DNA of 62,222 nucleotides, filler included, from Chrysochromulina tobinii (taxonomy: Eukaryota), in assembly GCA_001275005.1 (NCBI GenBank). It is 8 parts of 8 records of this genome, joined end to end, with 100 filler letters (N's around TTAATTAATTAA, not from the genome) between each part and the next. Parts side by side here need not be neighbours in the genome. Positions count along the whole stretch, not along the records: positions 43,774 to 54,173 come from JWZX01001157.1; positions 54,274 to 58,122 come from JWZX01001158.1; 6 more parts are not named here. The stretch is one strand, 5' to 3'. Made by a program: the position numbers and the translations under genes. This document shows positions 46,502-55,647 of this stretch, piece after piece. The notes beneath the pieces are model-generated. The model had not been told where the DNA came from, searched no databases, and saw nothing but the letters and a program-made list of their open reading frames with translations. Position 1 is the first letter of the stretch. Each line of letters begins with the position of its first letter.

Positions 46502-49500
46502 TCATCCAAGGTGCAGGACAGAGCGTAGGGCGTTCTCCTCGAAGAGGCGCGTGCGGCGCGGAACCGCCCCGGCAGAGAGCGCCTGCTGCTGCCTCGGGCT
46601 CAGCAGGTCCGATCCCGAGCGTGGGTCCGAGCCCGACCGTGGCGTGGCGTGAGCGTGCCCGATCCGCGGCGTGATGATCAGCAGTGGGCTGGGCGCCACG
46701 GCGCTCACGGACGAGGGTCGACTCGAGAGGCTTCGCGCCAGCGAGGAGAGGCCGTGGCCTGATGAGGGACGCAATCAAGGGGCATTAGGAGGCAATCACG
46801 AGGAGCCATCAAGGGTCTCGCGCCAGCGAGGAGAGGCCGTGGCCTGCACCTGTAGTGAGCGAGCGAGTGCTGCAGCGAGAGCTCGTCGGCGTCTCCCCGT
46901 GCTGTGCGCGCGCCGCACCCTCCGGAGTGAGCAGCTCCAGGCCCAACTGATGCTCGCCACAGCGCGCAGCCCGGCGCTCAGCCTGGAGATGCTCGCCACC
47001 CCCGAGTGCCGGGCTGCGCGCTGTGGGGTCTCGTGGCTGTCTCGACATGGCTTGGTATCCCTGGAGGACCTCTCTTGCAGCCGTGAGCTCGGCCGAAGCC
47101 GCCACGTCGACGGACGGTGCGGTGGCCCATGCGGCGAAGGCAAACGATGCGGCGGCGGAGCCTGTCTGGCCGCCAGTCTCCGCGCCGACGCTGCCGCTGC
47201 AAGCGCCGAGCTGCAACTGGCTGAGCTGGAGCTGTTCCCAGGTTGAGCAGCTCAGCCGTGGCGTCGAGCCCACTGCTGGCGTCGAGCCCACGCCAGCAGT
47301 ACAGCCCACTCCAGCAGTACAGCCCGCGCAAGCCTCGGCCGCCACGGTGCTCGTGCCAACGGGGAGAGCGCCGGCGTGCCCCCCCTGCACGCGCCCGGCT
47401 CCTTCGACAAGCGCTCGAGACGACGCGCCTTCGACGAGCGCTCGAGACGACGCGCCTTCGATGAGCGCTCGAGCGCGCAGGTCGACGATCGCGGACTGCT
47501 TCGCTTGCTCCAGCAACTCCGTCTCCTGCCGGCGCTTCACCTCTCGCCCTGCCTCCTCCCACGCGGCGTGTGCGGACGTTTGCCAACGGGCGAGCTCCGC
47601 AACGGTCGCCGAGAGCTGCAGCACACGTTCCTGGTCTCCTCGTTCCGCAAGCTGCGCCATGCGCGCCACCGCCTCCTCGGCCACCGCTGCGGCCGTCTCC
47701 GCCTCCACCTTGTCAGCGCGCTCTGCCTCGAGAGCCAAGGCAGCCTCCGCGAGGGTCTCGCGCACCTGATGAGGAACGCAATCAAGGGTCATTAGGAGGC
47801 AATCACGAGGAGCCATCAAGGGTCTCGCGCACCTCCGCCACGTATTGATCGCGCTCGGCTGCCTCGGCCATGCTCGCCCTACGGAACTGCACGGCGTGCC
47901 CGCGCGCCGCCTCGAAGTCGCCCTCCGCATGCCGCAGCTCGAGATGCATCTGCGTCACCATGACCGCCGCGCGCGCCTCGGACGCTCGGCAGCGTGCCTC
48001 GGACGTTGCGAGCTGCTCGCGCAGTGCAGCCAGCCCGCTTGCCTGCTCGCTCAGCCGCCCTTCGAGCTCGGCACAGCGCGCGCCCGCCCGGGCCGACTCT
48101 TCAAGTGCCGTACTCGCCTGATGAGGGACGCAATCAAGGGTCATTAGGAGGCAATCACGAGGAGCCATCAAGGGTCTCGCGCACCTCCGCCGCGCGTGCT
48201 TGCGCGTCCCGACGGCTGAGCTGCCAGTTCGCCTCCGCGCCCGCGCTGGTGGAGCGCGCCGTCTCGAGCGCCTCCTCGAGCGCGTGGCGTGCTACGCGCC
48301 ACGACGCCTCCGCCTCGGCGCGCGCCGCCGCCGCTCGTTCTCGCTCGAGCGCCTCGCCGTCGGCGCGTCTGGCGTGCGCGGCAGCCTCCGCGGCCGCCGC
48401 GTGCGCGCGCTTCTCCGCCTCCGCCGCGCGCTTCTCCGCGAGGGTGAGCTTGAGTCGTATAGCGCCCAACTGCTTCTCCGCCGCGTTCAGCTCGTGCGCC
48501 ATCACGTAGACGCTCAGATGGGTCTCGTTCTGAGCTCCGACGAGCTCCGCCGAGATGGCGCGGCAGGCTTCGTCAGCCGCCGCAGCGGCGCCCTCACTCT
48601 CGCGCAGCTCGAGCTCGAGCGTCGTCTCGAGCACGTGCGCCTGTGCCGCGTGCAGGTTCCTTGTGGCCTCGAGCCGCGTGAGATGGCAGGACGACAAGCT
48701 CTGCTGCACGGCGCTCAGGCGCGAGGCGAACTCGCTCGCCTGCGCATCGGCCGCCGCCTCAATCGCCGCAATCGAGGGCGACGCCACCGGCAGCGGCAGG
48801 GTCGGCGGCGGCGGCGTCGGCGGCGCCTCGTATCGCCACACGTGTTGTGGGTGCAGAGGCTGGCTGCTCTGGGGTGTGGAGGGCGCTTGGGGGCTCAACT
48901 TCTCCAGAAGCCACGTAATGGCCTCCGGCAAGGTGGGGCTCGACTCCGCATGCAGGTGCTCACTACGGCGCGCGTTCGACTCCGCATGCAGGTGCTCACT
49001 ACGGCGCGCGTTCGACTCCGGCGGCGCGCCGCTGCCTCGCCAGCGATCGCCTGCGCCGTAGTGAGCACCCGCACGCGCGTCGCCCTGGATCCTCGCCAGC
49101 TCAGCGCTCACGCCGCTCAGCCGCTCCTCGAGCTCGCGCACGAGATTGGCCGTGCCCTCCTCAACGCGCCTCATGCGCTCCTCGTGCTCAGCCAGCCCGG
49201 CAGCTTCGCGCGCCGCGCATGCACGGGCGGACGCGGCGATGGCGGCGGCGGCCTCGTGCTTCAGCCGTTGGCGCATCTCTTCACCCTCCGCCGTCCCTTT
49301 GCGCACCAGAGCCTCACGCTCGGCGAGCAGTGCAGCCTCCCGCTCGGCGAGCTGCCTCTCGGCCTCGCCCGCCGCACGCGTAGCCGCCTCCGCCGTCTCT
49401 CTGAGGGCGCCCAACTCGGCGTCCGTACGCATCAGATCCACGAGCAGCACGCGCGCCTGCGCCTTGGCCGCCGCCGCCTCGTGCGCCCTCTGCGCCTGCA

Positions 49501-52500
49501 ACTGCTGGTGCAGCTCGGCCGCCGTCTTGGCCATATCTTGCTCACGACGGCGCGCCTCGGCCATCAGCTCGTTGAACCGTCTCTGCTCGTTGGAGACATG
49601 GTGCGCGGTGCGCAGCTCGATGACCCCACGCTCCATCGCCTGCGCCTCGAGTGCCTCGCGGGCCTCCACCTCGCGTTCCGCCGCCTCATGTGCACGTTGC
49701 TCGGCCTCAGACGCGCGCCGCTCCGCTTCCACAGCGCGCGCCTCGGCCGCCGCCTCGACCGCCATGGCCGCCTGCTGCATCGACGCGGCGGCCGCCTCGG
49801 CTTGCTCCGCTCGGCTGAGCGCCGCCGCTGCGCGCGTGCTGGCTTCACTCACCTGCCGCGCGGCCTCTCGAGTGGCGGAATGGGCTCTGTCGCTCAACTG
49901 CTGCGCTTCGCGCGACGCATGAGCCGCTTCGGCCTCCAACCTCGCTGTCGCGTCGCTCAGCGCGGATTGGGCCTGGCGCACCTCCTCGTGCGCCTTGTGC
50001 ACTGCCGCGTCGCGCGCCGCCGTTGCCGCGGTCGCCTTCGCCTCCGCGCGGAACGCGTCGTCACGGGCGCTCTGGCACAAGGCAATCGCCCTCGAGTGCG
50101 CCGCCTCGGCGGCTGTGGTGGCCTCGCACTGCTGCCCGAGCGCGCGCAGAGTCGTGTGGAACCCTTGCTCGACCGCCGCAAGCTCCGCGCTGAGCAAGAG
50201 CTCGTGCGCCGCCGCTTGGGCCTCGTGCAGCCGCTGCGCACGCGCCGCCCCCTCGGCCGCCGCCGCCGCCGCCTCCCAAGCTTCCGCCGAGGCATGCACG
50301 GACAGGCGCCGAGAGGACGTCACCGACTCGAGCGCCGCGTGCGTGCGCTTCGTCTCGTCGCCTGATGAGGGAGGCCATCAGAGGCCATCAGAGGTCATCA
50401 GAGGCCATCAGAGGTCCGCAGAGGTCATCAGAGGAGGTCATCAGAGGAAATCAGAGGCCATCAGAGGAGGCCATCAGAGGAGGTCATCAGAGAAGGTCAT
50501 CAGAGGAGGTCATCAGAGGCCATCAGAGGCCATCAGAGGCCATCAGAGGCCATCAGAGGCCATCAGAAGTCATCAGAGGAGGTCATCAGAGGAGGCCATC
50601 AGAGCTCGGTGCGCAGTTTCGTCACCTAGCTTGCGCTCAGCGGCAGTGACCAGTCGATCGGCGTCCCGGAGCGCCGCGCCGAGCGTCGCGCCCACCACGG
50701 CGCGTTCGGCTTGCTCTGCGAGCGAGCTTCGCATCCGTTCAACACCCGCGCGCGCGGCCTCGGCTCGTGCGCACTGCAGCGCCGCCGCCGTCCCGGCCGC
50801 CTCGGCCTCGGCGCTGGCGAGCGCAGTGCGCCACGTGGCACGCTCCGCACACGCTTCCGTCCGCCAGGCGGCGCGCTCCGCCGCCGCCTCGGATTTCTCC
50901 AAGTCCGCGCCGTCCAACAAGTGCTGGACGGCCGCGAGCGCGCCGTCGAGCTCCTGCTTCGCCTCGAGGATCCCGCTCGCAGCCGCCTCGTGAGCTGCCC
51001 TCGACTCTGCCCTCGACTCGCGGGCGGCTGTGCCGGACTTGCGCCGAGGAGGAGGCGAGGAGGAGGAGGCACGCCGGCGAGAGGGCGGCGGCAGCGGAAA
51101 GGCCGAAGAGGAGGAGGAGGCACGCCGGCGAGTCGGCGGCGACAGCGACCCAATGTCGAGGCGTGCCTGCTGCAAGTGCCCTTCGATGATTTCATTTGCA
51201 GTCGTGAACAGAGTCTTGTTGACATTGTCATCCAACACCCCGGCCGCGGCGGCCGCCCGTCGCGCCTTGGAAAGCGGGCTGAGCCCTATTCGGAGCTCCT
51301 CCTTGGCCGCGGCCGCGCGCCGCTCCGCCTTCGCCGCTCGCGCCTCGGCCGTCTTGGCCGCCTGCCGCGCGGCCGAGAGAGGGCTCAGTGCGCGCTCCGT
51401 CTCCTCCTCCGCCTCCAAGACGGCCACGCGAAGCATCGAGCGCTCTGTCTGGTGCAGCCGTTGCTTCTCATCGAACGCCTCGAGGAGCTTGCGATGCTTC
51501 TCATCGAACGCCTCGAACAGCTGCCGCTTCTCACCGTCCCAGGCTGCCGCCGCCTCCGCCGTCGCCTCAGCGAGGGCCGCCTTCTCGGCTGCGGCCGCCT
51601 CCATGCGCTCCGAGAGGCACTTGAGCTCGCTCTGAGCTCGAACTGCGCCTCGATAGGCGGCGGCCAGCTCAGCCTTGAGAGCCTCGATCGTCTCGACTGC
51701 TGCTGCTGCGAGCGCATCGGCATCGGAGACAGCCTCGCGGAGCAGCGCACGCTCGATCTCGAGCTCGGCGGCGCTCCCTGCCCACTGTTGTACCTGCTCA
51801 GCAAGCGTCGTCGCCTGCTCCTCGGCCAGCTCCGCTCGGCGCTGCCACGTGGCCAGCCGCACCTGTGGGGAGGGGGGCGAATCGTGAGCACTTGCATGCA
51901 GCGCGCCCTCGAGGCCACGTGGCCAGCCGCACCTCGAGAGCGCCTATCCCGTTCCTCATCTGCAGCCGGGTCGCGAGGACGCTCTGCTCGGCCACTTGCT
52001 GCTGGCGCTGCACGTCCGCCATTGCGTCCTCGAGCACCACCACCGTCGCCTCCACCTCCGCCAGCGCGTCGCTGAGCGCGCGGCCCGCTGCCGCCGCTTG
52101 CTCCCCCTCCAGCTTCAGCTGCGTCGTCTGCGCGGCCGCGTGCTCGAGTGTCGTCCTGTGCTGCACCTCCAGAGCCCCCAGCTCCTCCATGTACGCTCGG
52201 CTGGCGACGCTCAGCGCGCTCTCGGCCCGCTCAGCGCGCGCAGCGGCCGCGTTGGCGGCCTTTTCGAGCTGCATAAGGGTCGTCTTGTGTGCCTCGGCCC
52301 TCGCGGCTGCTTCCGAGCGCATACTCTCCACCTCATCCGCCACGGCCATGTGCTCGCGCATGCTCGCCTCTCGTGCGGCCGTCACGAGCGCACGGCGCTC
52401 GTCCTGGAGGCGCTGCTCGGCCTTCGCCACGGCGGCCTCGCGTTCCTCGAGGAGTGTCGTGAGCTCCTCGACTGCGAGCTCGCCCGTCTCGGCGCGCTGA

Positions 52501-53810
52501 CGCCATCCGTCCGCTCGGACGCTCAGAGAGCGGTGCGCGTCGGCCGTGTCCGCCAGCAGCGCCTCGAGCGCCTCGAGCACCTGCGCGGAGCGCCCGCACC
52601 CCTCCTCGAGCCGTAGCTCCGACAGCACACAGCACGTCGTCGCTTCCGCACACGCAGCCTCGCGGTAGATGCCAGCGAGGCGCTCGGCGCCGCGCCTCTC
52701 TGCGGCCTCGAGTTTCGTCTCTGCGGCCTCGAGTTTCGTCGCCGAGATTCGTCGCTCCGCGCGCCCCTTGACGTGCATGGCCAGCAGGCTCACGGCAAGG
52801 CGGCGCTGGCGCGCCTGGAGTCCGTCGAGGGCGGTCCGCAGCATGCTCGCCTGATGAGGGACGCAATCAAGGGTCATTAGGAGGCAATCACGAGGAGCCA
52901 TCAGGGCGGTCCGCAGCATGCTCGCCTCGTCTTCTGCATCCGCGAGAGGGCCACACAGTGCGCGTGCGACCACGTCGCTGTGGACCTCCACCGCCGCTTC
53001 CCTCGCCGCCGCCGCATCCGCCTGCACGGCAGCTAGGTGCTCAAGCACATGGCTCGGCCACACGTCACGCGCGGGCATCATCGGCATCGGGCTGGACGCA
53101 ACCACAGAAGGGGCCATCGCGGTCGGGCCCGGCGGCACACGCCGCGGCGACGCACGCTGCGGCGGTGGTGCGTGCGCTGCCTTGCTCGCGGTGGCCGGCG
53201 TGGGCTGCGTGATGCCACGCGCCTCGTGCTGCGTGATGCCACGCGGCTCGTGCTGCCACGCCTCATGCGGCTCGTGCTGCCAAGTCGCTGCACCCGCGGC
53301 TGCCAGCGGCGCTGCCGCAGCAAGGAACTCGCGGCGGCGCTCGTGCACGTCGAGGGCATGTGCGACTTCCTGCAGCTGCTCCATCTCTGAGAGAGGCGGC
53401 GGGCTCGGAGAATCTGCTTCGTGCTGCTCTAGCTGCGCAGCGTCCTCGGCCTGGCGGCGACGGCGGAGCGCATTCAGCTCGTGCTCGGCACGTAACAAAG
53501 AGGCATGCTGCCGCCTCTCCTCCTCTTCACTGCGGAGCTGGGCGAGCTCCGCCTCGCGCTGAGCGCGCTGCTGACGTAATTGCTCCTCCTGCTCTTGTTG
53601 TTTCGACGAGAGCTCGCGCACGGCGGCGCGCATCTGATCGAGCTCAGCGTTGGCGAGTGTGAGCGCCCTGGACGACCTCCACTCCGCGAGCTCCTTGTCT
53701 CTCAGAGACTCCTTGAGCTGCTGCCGCTCACGGACCGCCGCAAAGTAAACGGCGTCGCGACGCTCCCAGCGGGCCGAGGCGAGCGCATCATCGAAGCGGT
53801 TGGACGCCAT
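46502..53810 (-). CDS. Large Ala/Glu/Arg-rich coiled-coil protein (~2,226 aa, six introns)
   Basis: Removing introns 52851-52925, 51863-51932, 50362-50625, 48118-48184, 47766-47832 and 46759-46843 leaves 6681 nt (2227 codons) and links the listed ORFs in frame. Confidence 0.8.
46759..46843 (-). mobile_element. Family-A intron (GC-AG), 28-nt duplication
   Basis: Core tgatggctcctcgtgattgcctcctaatg.cccttgattgcgtccctcatcag; flanking repeat aggccacggcctctcctcgctggcgcga. Confidence 0.88.
47766..47832 (-). mobile_element. Family-A intron (GT-AG), 16-nt duplication
   Basis: Same core; aggtgcgcgagaccct at both junctions. Confidence 0.88.
48118..48184 (-). mobile_element. Family-A intron (GT-AG), near-identical to 47766-47832 but lacking its own duplication
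   Basis: Begins gtgcgcgagaccct, which matches the exon after the 47766 intron rather than its own downstream exon (gcgagtacgg). Confidence 0.88.
50362..50625 (-). mobile_element. 264-nt intron of ctctgatg(g/a)c repeats ending cctcatcag
   Basis: Splicing joins ERKLG to DETKRTHAA in frame; degenerate junction duplication. Confidence 0.8.
51863..51932 (-). mobile_element. Family-B intron, 21-nt duplication
   Basis: aggtgcggctggccacgtggc flanks ...gcatgcaagtgctcac...ccccacag. Confidence 0.85.
52851..52925 (-). mobile_element. Family-A intron (GC-AG), 25-nt duplication, in frame and stopless
   Basis: aggcgagcatgctgcggaccgccct is duplicated; reads through as ASMLRTALMAPRDCLLMTLDCVPHQ. Confidence 0.88.
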
Positions 53811-53989
53811 GATGGGTTGAAGATGAAGATGAAGACCCGTCGTGTGTGACAGTAGTTAGGTTGTAACATAACTTTGACGGTGAACTGTTTTCCCACTGCA
53901 CCCATTACATGGACTCCTTTGCGCTGCGTATGTGTAATATTTCATTACGGTACCAGAAGTCCCGACGTCGGCGTTGGTGTCGCGCAGAC

Positions 53990-54075
53990 CGCATGTTCTC
54001 GGCATGTCCTAGCATGTCCTAGCAAGCATGTCCCAGCATGTTCTCGCATGTCCTCGCATGTCCTAGCATGTCCTC
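53990..54075. repeat. 10-bp tandem repeat gcatgtcct(a/c)
   Basis: About eight copies upstream of the coiled-coil gene. Confidence 0.85.
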
Positions 54076-55035
54076 AAAGAACCCCGGCACCTCGGCCACC
54101 GTTTGGAGTGATTCTGAAGCGGTCTGTGGGGGGGGGGGGGGTTGTGTTGTATGCGTGGCCTCTACTCGGCGGCNNNNNNNNNNNNNNNNNNNNNNNNNNN
54201 NNNNNNNNNNNNNNNNNTTAATTAATTAANNNNNNNNNNNNNNNNNNNNNNNNNNNNNNNNNNNNNNNNNNNNAAAAGTTTTGACAGGGGGTTTATGACA
54301 GGTGACACTTAGCTCTTGTGCACCGCCTTCGAAGTCGAGAGCCGTGCGTGAGGATCATCCAACTCCGGATCATCGATGAGATCCATGCACACCGGCCTTG
54401 ATAGAACTCGAGGTGTGTCAGGAGGTCGCTGAATCACGCGAGCAGAAAGGAAGGTAACATGGACGGGTCCGGTAAGAAGACATATTGAAGCCAAGCATCC
54501 ACAGGCAACGAACGAAGAAAATCGCGATAACGACATGCCTGTGACACGCACTGAGACTCACTGGTGCTGCCTTGTTCTTGCAGTTGAAGTAGTTTGCTAT
54601 GTACAGCAACCACATGTAGCACTTCACGTTCAAGATGAAGTTCGGAATCGTCGAGTAGAGATCTCAGAGTGCCACATCGATTGGCAAGAAGAATATCACG
54701 GAACGCCAGTGACAGTGGAATGCAACTGATGACCTCCATGTACTCAGAGGGAATGATGACGTCACGCAAAAAGCAAAACAAAAAGATATGCCAAGCACTG
54801 CACTGCTGATCATATTCCAGAACCCAGCCTTGAACTGCCGTGACTTGCGACAGGAATTCGCATTCGGCGCGAGAGGACGGGCTGCACAATGACGACAAAG
54901 ATGTCGCGTCGGATGCAGATCGGACGCGAACCAGCGATCCGTGGGACACGAGGGCACCCCCGACCAAAGGCCAAGAAGTCCCCCCGGCGGACATGGATTT
55001 CGCGCGAAGTGGTCTCAACAAAAAGACAACGAGGT

Positions 55036-55492
55036 GCGAAACCCGGACTTCCGAAGTCCGGGTTAGGCACCTGTCCCGAGTACCCGGACTTGGCAGGTGC
55101 CTAACCCGGACTTAGCCAAACGAGGGCGGGAAAAGGTCCGGGATAGTTGCCTAACCCGGACTTAGATAACGCTGAAGGTGCGTAACCCGGACTTCCCAGC
55201 AATACCTAAGTCCGGGTTAGGGACCGGGCACAAGTCCTTAACCCGGTCTTCACACCTCCAAGTCCGGGTTAAGAACCGGGCACGGTTCCCTAACCCGGGA
55301 CAATTTGAATTTTCAAATATCCAAGTCCGGGTTAGGGACCGGGCACAAGTCCCTAACCCGGTCTTCACACCTCCAAGTCCGGGTTAGACACCCGGGCACG
55401 GGTTCTTAACCCGGACTTGGCCAAGTCCGGGTTAGGCACCTCTGGCCAAGTCCGGGTTAAGAACCCGTGCCCGAAAGATGTCCGGGTTACGC
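55036..55492. repeat. Array of inverted taacccggac/gtccgggtta motifs
   Basis: About 20 motifs in mostly alternating orientation; a ~64-bp block is repeated at 55208 and 55323. Confidence 0.9.
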
Positions 55493-55647
55493 ACACCACT
55501 CGTACTCAACCGTCCGCGTCTGCAGTCCGCGTCGAGGACAGGTGAACGCTCAGCGACATCCTTCCCAACTCTGTCGCGGCACAGCCAATACCACATAGCG
55601 ACTTCATCTTTCGCAGCGGCGATCGGCTCTCTCCGTAGCGCGACGCG

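Noticed and set aside
54434..55021. 195-aa minus-strand ORF
   Set aside because: No recognisable motif and a non-ATG start; cannot be supported as a gene.
55036..55492. Possible CRISPR-like array
   Set aside because: Motifs occur in both orientations, spacers are short and partly repeated, and there is no cas gene.
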